From positions 9,332,451-9,396,450 of the forward strand of contig NC_134035.1 of NCBI RefSeq assembly GCF_964204645.1: a DNA stretch of 64,000 nt. Direction: 5' to 3'. Made by a program: the position numbers and the translations under genes. The notes below the pieces were generated by a model, which was given only the letters and a program-made list of their open reading frames with translations, did no database searches and had not been told where the DNA came from. Numbering within the stretch: the stretch's first letter is position 1; each line of letters starts with the position of its first letter. Shown here one piece after another: positions 13,001-40,706 of the stretch. Source of the DNA: Tubulanus polymorphus. Its lineage: Eukaryota; Animalia; Nemertea.

Positions 13001-14298
13001 TAGAAATATTTTTGAGTGAAATTGTCATTACGTTTCAATGTTTTTCAGAATACTGAAGTATATAACTAAAGAGACGACGTTGGCTGATGGAGTCGATGTA
13101 ACTGTACTTCCTGAGAAATTGATACAAGAACAAGAAAAAGAATTACTTTCGAAATTCAAAGTAAGTTTAATCGGGATTGTCGACATCTAGCTCGCTGGAA
13201 GGAATTTGACGTATTTTACCCAAAAGCCTTGAAAACTCTGAGGAATTTGGATGACGTTATTGACCGCATGTTTCTTCATCATTACGGGATTCAATAAGAA
13301 ACGAATGAATTGTTACATTTTAAACAAAATAATTTCTCTGATTCACTCAGGGAATTTTTGGTGTAATCACAAAATCAGGGAAGAGTCGGGGGATTTGTAG
13401 ATGGGCACAAAATGGCTGCCTGTGAGTGGGCACATAGTTGAAAATGTTGATGTCTTAGTAAATATAGTATTTGTTTCAAATAGGTCGTCGTACAGAAGTT
13501 CGTACACGATAAGCTTCGACTGCAGATCGAGGTGCTCTACGCTCTTCAGGTGCTCGCCTACAATCATAGTTTCCCTAAAGGCCTGTTGCTGCGTATGTTC
13601 ATGAACCTGTACGATATGGAAGTACTCGAGGAAGACGCGTTCCTCAAGTGGAAAGAAGAGGTGAACAACGTTTACCCCGGGAAAGGAAAGGCGTTATTCC
13701 AGGTAGGCAGCAGCAACATTCGTTCGAAAAAATCCATGCGAAGTCTTTATGACGATTGAATGATTTGAAAGTGTGTTTTAGAATGTTTTGTGCATCCCTA
13801 CGTTTCCTTGATATAAGGACTTGACTTAAAAAATGACGATTGAATGTTTTCAGGGTCCCTACGACTCCCTGATTCATTAAAAACTCCTTCTAGACAGATT
13901 ACAGAGGTGCTTGACACTTCTTTGATTTGAGCAAAATGTCAGAAACTGTAGAACCCCTTCAATTTTCAAACGTAGGCCATTAGAAATGTTCGTCTAGTTT
14001 GTAGTTGTACAGCAGACTAACGGTTTAACTGACTTAAGGAGTGATGAGGATAAGAATTAGCTCACAAAACCACTTTAAAAGATAAACTTTACCGATGCTG
14101 ATGATAAATGTGTCCAAACCACCGGCGAAGCCTTGTCTATTGGAAATTGGAAGAATGGCTCCTGGCTGGAGATTGATTCCAGTATTTAAAAGTAACGGTT
14201 TCAATTTGTTTCTTCTATAGGTTAATCAGTGGCTTATGTGGTTAGAACAGGCTGAAGAGGAAGATGAAGACTCTGATGACGAGGAAGAAGAGGAGTGA
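4041..14298 (+). CDS. EIF4G2: Eukaryotic translation initiation factor 4 gamma 2 (DAP5/p97/NAT1), 16 coding exons, about 917 aa, inferred CUG start
   Basis: Exons with GT-AG junctions and consistent phase: 4041-4090, 5042-5194, 5843-6056, 6319-6385, 6466-6558, 6880-7049, 7461-7788, 8429-8533, 9006-9394, 9964-10142, 10615-10747, 11125-11383, 12064-12268, 13049-13160, 13484-13702, 14221-14298 (2754 nt). The translation gives MIF4G (RWIPP...ERHDSVFRRVRGILNKITPEKFDKL...KMLGNIKFIGELGKL...EDLECLCQIMRTVG), MA3 (DLEIDVPLVRS) and W2 (LYDMEVLEEDAFLKWKE...GKGKALFQVNQWLMWLEQAEEE) domains. There is no N-terminal eIF4E/PABP-binding region, as expected for eIF4G2. Confidence 0.96.
8570..8956 (+). mobile_element. 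~380-bp CAGGG-ended (hAT-like) MITE family, full copy; others at about 6090-6275, 7200-7417, 13851-14090, 17365-17731, 21748-21945, 23828-24053, 29943-30361, 31195-31531
   Basis: Consensus termini CAGGGTCCCTAC...GTAGGGACCCTG, with repeated AAAACTCCTT subterminal motifs shared among copies. Confidence 0.8.
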
Positions 14299-15433
14299 AA
14301 CTTCGCGAAGATATGAAAATCCACAAAATATCAACAACTTTACATTTTTACTGACTCTGTGACAGTGAGAGATATCTAACTATTGCGCGATAACAATTGT
14401 AACTTTTACTCGTGTTCGTTTTATCAACGCCGGACTTGTTATAGATAGTGTGAACTACTACTGATTATTGATACAACCTTTAAAAAGCAGAGAAAAAAAA
14501 AACAGAATAAGCAACGAAAATGTCGACGTCTCGCGACAAGAGATTTGTACATTTTCAAAAGAAAACATTCACCCGAGAAACTTTTTTGCCTTTTGCGCGA
14601 AGATGGTTCGCGATGGTCCGTTGATATGCGGATAACGGGGTTATTATTTGACGTTTATGCCGTCTTAATCTTAATGTCGTACGGATCTTCGCGCTTCGCG
14701 GGTCGCCTGTTTACAAACTGTGACTGTTTAAAAAACATTAAAGAAAAAAAAAGCAACAAGAAAAACGTCCGAAAACGGATTAGAAATCCTCGGCCGAAAT
14801 TGATAACAAAAACTATTGATGGATATTTATTTCAGTTCCTCGTCGCGTGCAGATCTTAGGAGTAGTAGCGTTGTGTTTTTAATTGAATGAACGTCTCTCC
14901 TCATATTGCGCAATACGTTAAGCGAGTTTAAAGCAGACAATGCGGAAATATAGTTTGGATTTTTTTGTCGGAGGAGGACGGATGCGTACGGTTTCAGCTT
15001 TATTCCTGCGTTTAAAAGGAAGAGGGATAATAGGAGTTGAAAATGGTGTTGTGACGCGGTTATTCGCTTTAAGATCGAAAAGCTGTTCGCTTCGCGCGCG
15101 TCGCGGATTGGTTTACACGCAAGATCGCGCGTTACAGATAAATATAACTCGCATTTTATGAACTCGAAAACGTTTCTTCGCTATATTTATGGAAAGTAAA
15201 ACACGTAAGCTCGTTCAGGATGACAGCGGAGTTCAGCGCGACATATTGTGAGGAGCGTACTGTGCTCTTCAAGTGTTTGTTTTTTTCAAAGGCTTGGTTT
15301 AGAAACTGAGATATCATCATTTCAATCATCGTTCAAAGATCTCGCGTACTCCTGGTGTCGTTATTAACAGACCCGACGACCGGCGTGTATAATATTCCGC
15401 TTCTCAATCAAAACGCAAGGTGGATGGATTACA

Positions 15434-15700
15434 CAGGGTTCACGGGGGGTCTCTGAAGTGCTTATAAGCGCTTATTTTTGGAGAAAAACAAAGAAATAAT
15501 AAAGCCCTTAGAAAGTGCTTAGCTTTCACAAAAATTTCAAAAAGTGCTTACAAAGTGCTTACTCCTGGTATCACAAATTGTTTTTCACCAAGGGCTACGG
15601 TCTAAGATGATAAGAAAAGTCACTTTTGCCTTACAAAGTGCATTAATTTTGCTATCTTAAAGTGCTTAATTTTGCCTCGTCCTTTCTACTATGAACCCTG
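15434..15700. mobile_element. CAGGGTTCA...TGAACCCTG MITE with AAAGTGCTTA subterminal repeats, in the EIF4G2 3' UTR
   Basis: Short TIRs and several aagtgctta motifs. Confidence 0.6.
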
Positions 15701-17968
15701 AGTTACATAACAAATACCCCAGGTATCATAATCATTTATCTAGGCGTGGTAAGCGCGATTTTTTAGGTGGTAGAAAAATAATTTCAATCTTCTATTCAAT
15801 TTATAGTTGTTTTGTAAAACGCCTAGATTTTGATGTATTTTTACGTCATTCGCATTCTTTGTACGTAGCTATAACAATCGCATCGAAAATTAGAATTCGC
15901 TTCATAAACCTACCTACCTACCTATCTATCTATGATTGAGAAAGGCTTTTTAATCTAGGAACGAAACGTTCTGAATTATTTTACTCTGAAACATATCTCT
16001 CAGGACCGTATTTTCTGTCGGCGAATATTTTCTATAGGGTACGCGCTTTGAAAATATCGCGAAATCTCTTATTGATTTTAAATTTCCTATCGATCTTCAA
16101 TGATTTATGAGTTTTTTATTCTCGTCGAAGACTACGTAAGAGCAAGTTCGATCGATAGGCTGTGTGTATTTATCGGTTAGAATTGTTTAAATATTCGTAC
16201 AGATTCGCAAAACTGAAAAAAAGAAACCTATATACACGGCTTGTTAATCATCGAACTCTATGCATGCTTACGTTGTCGCACATGTACAACTTACGAATAA
16301 CTAATACACAGATTTTAATTAACGTTTTAATTATAGTTTCCGTCGCCGGAATGAATAAGCATTTGTATAATTCGCTAATCATGTAGAAATTTTCAACGGG
16401 GGAGATCTTCGTTACTAGTAAGAACAGCTGAGGCGACTTCGAAAGTCTATGTCTTGTGCAATGGTCGCGTAGGTCAGGTTTTTGGTAAGAACAATTTTAG
16501 TGCGCTATTGCTAGACTTAATCATCAGCGGGGCGGTCCTGCTGTTTACATGAGGTAACTCTTTTTAAGTTTTCAACTGCGAGTATGGATAACTGGGCCTG
16601 GACGTTTCTTACCGAAACCGTGTATATTTAATTCAAGCATATACAAAATAGATGCAAGTTGTGTGAATTCACGGTAGATGAACTTCGTAAGAAATGATGT
16701 GCGGTGAAAAGATGTCGGTAATTCAGAAAAACACTGTTGTATTATAGATATTGTTGTCATGGTCTGTATGATATAATTCGCATTTGTATGTATGACTGTT
16801 TGAATACCATCGATTTTGTCGCGTGGCTTGGAACTTCGAATGATTCGACGCGGATCAAATGCGAACGAGACCTCTCCTTTGATTTTGTCGGATGTTTACG
16901 CGCGGCGTGGTTTCAAGTCTCGCGCGACATCGAATGGAATGATGATGATAATGCACTTGTGTAACAATTTGAATATTATGTATTTTGCGTGTGTCGTGTG
17001 CGCGTCGTTTTGAATCATTGAAAATATAAACATATTGCAAGTTGAATATTATCTTCGAAAACATAGCATGTCGTATTATCATATACACACTCATCGTAGG
17101 TTTTGCTAGATGAACATTTTTTCCGCTGGTATATTTGAAGTTTTTACGTAGGGATAGTCATAGAATTTTTCAATCTTGTATACTACATTTTCACGGTGTG
17201 ATGATATATTAATATATACATATAGATTTAGAATAATTCTTGTTTGGCTAGCAGTTTCCCTCTAATGATATTTTGTATGCATGCATTTTCGATGAAAATC
17301 AAGATTGTAACGCAACTCTTATGACAGGTTCGACTTACGAAGAAGAACGCAATTCTTACGCAACGGTCCCTTCAACTTGATTCCTTAAAAACTCCTTCTA
17401 AACGAAAATGCTTTTAAAGGTGCTTTGAAACTCCTTTGATTAGAGCAAAACGCCTGAAATTCCATTAAAACTCCTTCAATTTTGAGAAATAGGCAATTAG
17501 AAATGTTTGTAACGTATAGTAGAGTATGCCTAAATCGGTATCAATTCTTTATCCAAACTGGTGGTTACCGAATTAGAAACCCAGTAATAAGATAATAATT
17601 GCTCACAAAACCACCGGTTTACTAAGATAAACAATATTGATTTAGGAGGAGTCTACAGTTATTGATAGTCGACACACTTCCTTTTCAAATATGAAATTAT
17701 ATCCAGGAATAACTGATCTGTAGGGACCCTGTATAAAGATAACATACTCCGCATTGCCTTTTGTGAATGGTTTGTGGTAGTTTTCCTAATTAATGCGACG
17801 CGAAAATCGTAAAAATGAAAATATAAAGCTGATTAAAAATTGTTTTTTAACATAACCACAATTATGAAAGGTTTTTGTACAACAAGGCTATGTTTTATTT
17901 TGTGAGTCTCTTTTACGTCTGTGTTTTGTCCATTTTTCGTGTACATGTGTAGATTTGTCTGGTAAAGA

Positions 17969-18005
17969 AATAAAATAAATATTTATTCACGGTGTAAATA
18001 ATAAA
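17969..18005 (+). terminator. Clustered AATAAA polyadenylation signals, probable end of a ~3.7-kb EIF4G2 3' UTR
   Basis: AATAAA at 17969, 17974 and 18000, followed by a GT/T-rich downstream element (gtggttgtttttttttt). Confidence 0.5.
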
Positions 18006-18035
18006 AAAATGACGAGCAGTGGTTGTTTTTTTTTT

Positions 18036-19293
18036 AGCCCACTTGGGACTTTAGTCCCAGCGGGCTATTGCGTTCACTTTTCGTCCGTCGTCCGTCCGTA
18101 GACGGAATCCAGTTATTTTGGGAAGTTTTGAAGACGCTTCAAGGTAACGTCTTGATATTTTCGGTTACACATGTATCTACCCTAGACCTATCTTCAGCCC
18201 AAAAACTAGCCGTGTCAGAATCAAGATGGCCGATTGGCAGCCATTGTTGTTCGCCAAAATCAGCACTTTTTACACATTTTTGAACTTTTTGAGGGAAATT
18301 TTGAAGACACTTTGATCAATTAGCTTGATCTTTCGGATATATGTGAATCCCCCCAGGGCCCATCAGCATAACAAAAATTAGGTCGAGCAGACTCAAGATG
18401 GCCGTCCTATGACCTTTTTCAGTGCCCAAAAATGTTAATTTTGGCCCGAATCCCGAGTCCTGTAGCTTCCTACTGGTTTGCCATTTCTCATTGCAATTTG
18501 TGATGGGTATTCTTTGGAAAGGTATGTTTTTACCTGAGACAGGTATTTTTCATCAGCCAATTATGACGCAATTGACGGCCATCTTGGTGTCACCAGTACT
18601 CATTCGTAAGTGGGAAAAAGTTTTTCCACATTATATTGATACTTAAGCGTATTTTGCTACCACAATCAATTAGAAAGTTGTAGCTCATAATGTGTTCTAT
18701 GATTGTGGTGAGTTTCAAGGTAATTGGATTTCGTATATGGCCACCAGGGGGCTTTGAATAATACAATATCTTCGCATTTCTTTATTATATTCGTACATAT
18801 GCATATTTTTTAACCACAATCAATTGGAAAGTTGTAGCTCATGACATCATCTATGATTGTTGTGAGTTTTAAGGACATTAGTTTTTCTTTATGGTCACCA
18901 GGGGGCGTTGAATAGTAGAATAACTTAGTATTTCCTTATTATATTGGTACCTAGGCATATTTTGTTACCATGATCAATTGCAAAGTTGTAGTTCGTGACA
19001 TGTTCTATGATTGTGGTGAGTTTCGAGATCATTGGGTTTTGAATATGGTCACCAGGGGGCGTTGAATAGTAGAATAACTTAGTATTTCCATATTAAATTG
19101 GTAACGAGGCATATTTTGTTATCACAATCAATTACAAAATCGTAGCTGCTGACAATTTTCTATGATTGTGGTGAGTTTCAAAGTCATTGGTTTTTGTATA
19201 TGGTCACCAGGGGGCGTTGAATATTGAAATTGTTAGATTGTTGAGCATTTGGAACCACTTCCCAAGTGGGCATGGTGTCCCTGGACCCCTAGT
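18036..19293 (+). mobile_element. Helentron-associated interspersed element (HINE/DINE-1-like non-autonomous Helitron) with internal 154-bp tandem repeats
   Basis: Inserted in a T run. 5' subTIR GCCCACTTGGG lies inside a hairpin and is followed by a CGTC microsatellite (cgtccgtcgtccgtccgt). 3' subTIR CCCAAGTGGGC at 19261-71 is followed by a short hairpin, CTAGT and a T run. About 3.7 copies of a 154-bp unit lie inside. Confidence 0.8.
18661..19222 (+). repeat. 154-bp tandem repeat (about 3.7 copies), each copy with a CTCF-like motif
   Basis: Units start at 18661, 18815, 18969 and 19123. TGG(C/T)CACCAGGGGGC occurs at 18738, 18892, 19046 and 19201. Confidence 0.9.
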
Positions 19294-20057
19294 CTTTTTA
19301 AGAGTGGATTTGTCGATATCCGCTGGAGACTGTGGTGATGGATCCAAATGAAAATTGATGAAAACCCTGGGCTGAGTTTCATGTGAAAGCAAAATAATCC
19401 TTGGTAAAGTTTTGAAATCTCAGTCCGCAGTTTCTTGCCGTTACGTTGGTGGTGGTTGTCATCCATGTTAAGGATGTACCTCTAGGGGTAAATTTGATAC
19501 TCTGTTCTTTGAAAGCGGGCCCTGGTGACATGCCTCGGGATCCTTAATTGTCACGCTCAATTCACAGGGACTTGTCACAATTGATAGTGAATGAATAAAA
19601 CCAGTATCAATGACAAACCCCAGTATAGAGTTTTTTTTAATTATATAAAAGTATTTATCATCAAGTCCCTGTGACTCGATTGGCTTACAGTTTCACGAAA
19701 AGGTCTAAACTCCTAAATCAACTCATCTCGACTCATCCTAAATCAACCATATTATCTTCTTCAGTTTATCTTCAATCAGAGTACTCTTTTTTTTCGTGAA
19801 ACCGGGCTGAGTTAGGTGAAAACCCTTAACCGAATTCATTTCTTAAATCGATTTAAGAGGTACTCACTTTTGTGAAAGTGGGTTCTGAGTTTATCTAAAA
19901 CGGTTTATTAAAATATAGTGTGACTCGAACATAACAGCTCAGATCTCACTGGGCCGGACCTGCTCTATTAGAAAATGTGTCACCGGTGGGATTCGACCCT
20001 GGTGTTACGAAAAATTCCCCGGAATGCGATTCCTTCACTGTAACTTCGCCCCTCGTA

Positions 20058-20115
20058 GCTCCGGAAGTGCATTTTGACGTTCGCCATTTTGTCCAGGTCA
20101 CATGACCAGTGTAAA

Positions 20116-20122
<7 letters not shown>
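20058..20122 (+). promoter_or_regulatory. KIAA0930 core promoter/5' leader with ETS (CCGGAAGTG) and YY1-type (GCCATTTTG, AAAATGGCGG) motifs
   Basis: Housekeeping-promoter motifs lie directly upstream of and overlapping the ATG at 20116. Confidence 0.55.
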
Positions 20123-36526
<16,404 letters not shown>

Positions 36527-39500
36527 GTTGTCGCTATCATCCTCTTCCCTCAGAGATATCAGATCATCATCCGCCATATGAACGTTCCAGAGAGGCTGAC
36601 TGACTATAGCTAAATGTGTAGATTTATTTAAAAACGACGAAATATTCCATTTTTGATATGAAATACATACGTGTATTGTATGAAATGAATTATGTGTGAA
36701 CCGTGCGTTCAAAATATATATATATATCTATATATATATCTATGTATACAAGTAATGATAATATATACATGTGAATTTGAAATATTAGTAGTTATTTTTG
36801 TCTGTTATTCTTCCCAGCATGTAACGAAATGACGTGTCTGCAGCATTTTCGCGATATATAAGAATAAAGTTAGATTTTTTGGCAGATGATAAAAGTATCC
36901 TCGGGAAGTAAGGCGTGTTTGAAAATTAGATGATATTTGTTGAAAGACTTTCTAAAGGAATTGAGGATTTGAAGATGTGTATGTCCGCTTTGCGAGTCAA
37001 ATCGTGCCCCCAAGAAACGGAGAAAATATACATGGTCTTGTGTTTTTGAACTTGTCTATGCAGCCGACCCAACATCTGATTGGCTTTGGAGACTGACTTT
37101 AGGATGTGGGACTCCTCTAATGTAAATCCCAAGTCAATTTCGCTCGTAACTTGTGTGATAGAATGCGGTATTCTATATACGATATATATAATAGTATAAC
37201 AAGATGAAATCGTTTATTTGCCATTTGAAAATGCGAAATCAAGAGTTCATCTCTGATAACAACATCTATGAACCCTCTGCTGCGCCACTGTCATTCACTT
37301 ACCTGCGTTTTCAGAGTTACACAGTCGTTATGAACAAAAAATCGAGCCACCCATTGGTTGGAAAATGAATAAATGTTAACAATAAGAAAAAACAATACAC
37401 TCGAAATTGTGCCTTATTCACTCAAGCCACGTAATTTTCGTCGCAAATCCTCCCGTGAACTCCAGATTTGCGAAAATCTCCGTATTCATTGATTAACTGC
37501 ATTTTACGGGGAAATGAAAAATATCGAATTGATACCTAAAAATTTTCAAAAGTTAAAATTCATTCTAGGTTGTTCTATGTACTTCTTAATGTTTATTTTA
37601 ATTTCGGGGAGCTCTCTTTCACCCAACCTTGTAGTAATCATTTGACAAATGATTACTCCAAGACCCAACTGACATTAAAAATGCCGTCCATTGGTTGGAA
37701 CATGTATATGAATGACTACATAACTTTACATTGTGCCCCAACCTTGACAGATGCGTGAGACCATTGTTCTAGTTAGAGACATTCGACCAGGGGCCGGTTT
37801 CACGGAATAACCTTAAGTTTTTACATGCAGATGAAACTTTGGACATGTTTAATCATAAAGGGTTCCTTAAACTCGTTTATTATTGGCCAACGGAATTTTC
37901 AATTTTTCTCGCCGCATTTCATAGTGTCGCCCATCTTGGAACTATAAGGTCCGAACTACAGCGTCCATGCTCAATCCCGTGGTCGACTATTTCCGGACTA
38001 CAGTTTCCGACTAACTGACATTCGATTTCACAATGGACGATGTATAAACTAAATTATAGTTTGAACGTTCATATTTTCACTTAGTTCGCAAATAGTCGAT
38101 TTATTCCAGTTTGCCCCAGAGTTTTTAGCAGCGAATGAATAAAAATCGGTGATTATTTTAAATATAGAACTTTTATACAGGTGTATACACAATTACAATG
38201 AATTCGGATCACGCGTCTTATACGGTTAATAGTGGTACAATCATCATATACAAAGAACGACCTCTTTTTCTCAAAAAAATGTAATCATCATCATCGTCAT
38301 CACTCGAACAAGCAATACAATCAATAATAGCCATTATTCGTGATAAATATGTATCAACTCTTTGAGAACCTAAATCGAAAAGCCCTCGAATAAGACATAT
38401 ATGTATAGCAAAAAAGCAAAGCTACGTAACTTGCCTCGCGTGACGAGAAACGATGCAAGGAAAATATTCATGATTTGACAATTTAAGAAAGCGTGAGAAA
38501 AAGATAGACGTTATAACTATGGTTATACGTATTATTATGAAACAGTATACTCTAGATACACGTACAATAATTGGTATAAAATCCTGTCACTTTAAATTCA
38601 CTAATAACCCAATCGTCTGTGTGTATATTATGAACTATACGTAAAAAGGCAGTATCGGAGAAAATGAAGTGACGTTCGAAAAATAGCTGATACCGCATAG
38701 CAGTAAAATACCTGGGTTAATAATGCTCTCCAACTTTATCAACAGAGATTATCCGATATATATATATTCGCGTTATCGTGTTATACACTAAAAATGGCAA
38801 CATTCATCTGATCATATCAATGGATGCCGAATTTTAGAGCAGTAATAACCCGATATATCAAATGGAAATCTAAGGGATTATGAACTCAATCGTTGGCTTA
38901 GGTCATCGTATGATAATTCTTTCTTTTGCGTCTAAAAAGCGTATTAAAATCTATGGCTTTTGTGGCATCACATAAGGGACATTTTGTCAGGAGACAAACT
39001 ATGGACAGTTGCGGTTGTTGTTTGCAAGTAAGAGAAATGATTTGGTTTTTTCGTCAGTTTGTGTCGATCTGGTGCGCGACCAAGCGACCTTGACATTCAC
39101 GTGTGCATGGCGGCCTCGTGCAGACAAACCAGCCCGTGACGCTTTGAATCCGAGACGGAAGATTTGATGAACCAAGAGTTTTTTTAGGGAAACACATAGA
39201 AAACTAACGATCACTTAAGCTAACAGGTCCGAATGATAAGAATCTCTACGAAGCGACGGACACCCGTTGAAAATTTCACCAGATTACATGACCCAATAAT
39301 ATTGCCTTCGACGACCGTATCAAATGACAACGACACTTTCAGTCAATGCTTTCCAAGAATCGATAAAAATGTATACGTAATGCCCTATCAAAATGACACC
39401 GAATCTAATTCATTTTCGTTTCCTTTTTAATCCAAAAATTATCTAGAAAAGCTACACATTTACTTATTTATAAATTTATAAACTAGAATATTTTCTTTTC

Positions 39501-40706
39501 TCGTTTGATTTTTGTTTATCGAAGGTTGATTCGTCAATCAGACCAATACGCCATCTCCACGCTGCAGAATACAGGCTAAATAATAATTCGCTTTGTATAA
39601 TATAGATAGATACTTCTAGGGTAGTGAATACGTACACTCATTTGATAATAAAGATTTACAATTCATTTTTTTCGATAGATAAATGATATTGAATAATATT
39701 TTTTTTGTTTGATAATAAAACAGGCTGGAAAATCCATTCCGTCATTCATAATATAGCTTTTGTTTCGCGCAGAAAACAACAAATACGCGCAATAAATTGC
39801 GTCCTAATGCGTTTTATGCGGAACATATGAACACCATTCTCATTTTCTTAGGATAAAATACAAAATATATAGGATATATTGATAAATTCATTTATACGTA
39901 ACACACTGTTCATTCTACACTCGCTACGGTCCAGCTAGCAGCGCCTGTCTAGCCTGCGAAATACTAAGGTGTAGGGACTCAAAAACCTTTTTTAGAGTCC
40001 ATGGGCGCAGCCAGTACGTTCGTTTATAACAGCTTGGAGTAGTTATCTTTAAGATAATTATTACTACACGATAACGGTTACTGTCCGAGCAGCGCTCTGT
40101 ACGCTCTGTTTATCGTAAACAACGCCACCTCGTGGAGATCAGTCGCTTCAGTGACATCGGATACATAAAATGTTAACGATATGAAGTATAAATTCCTCCT
40201 CAGCGAAATAAGGAAACAAATCACTATCATGCGCGAGCTTCAGTTTTAGTCTATTAAAATATATATGATATATGTGTGTAGCGTGTTATACGAATATATA
40301 ATATATATTGGTAATAATGATATCAACGTTGTTTCATATTTGGAAAACAGATCAACAAGTGACGATGACGACGTGGCCCCTTTTAGTGTGAAATTGTTAA
40401 AGTTATATAAAATGTCGTTTTTTTCGATGAAAATGAACTCAATAATAGCGCGAATACAACTTTTTAGATTTAGTTTTCCTTTCTAATGGTTTGCGATAAC
40501 AAAATATCAAGTTGTTCGTAACGAGATACGATATCCTTGTATGTAAAACTGGGATGAAATATCTAAATGGCGCGCGCCTTATAAATACGTATACACAAGC
40601 TTTACGTAGTTCCACATCGGATATGCGATATATTACATTCGATGTATGTTTTACACGAAGAAACAGAGTTATCATGGGATCACATTGATGAATATTGCCG
40701 ACACGG

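Noticed and set aside
36926-37132. ORF with HILKSVSKANQMLGRL
   Set aside because: At most a small decayed CR1-like RT fragment, not a gene; too short to annotate confidently.
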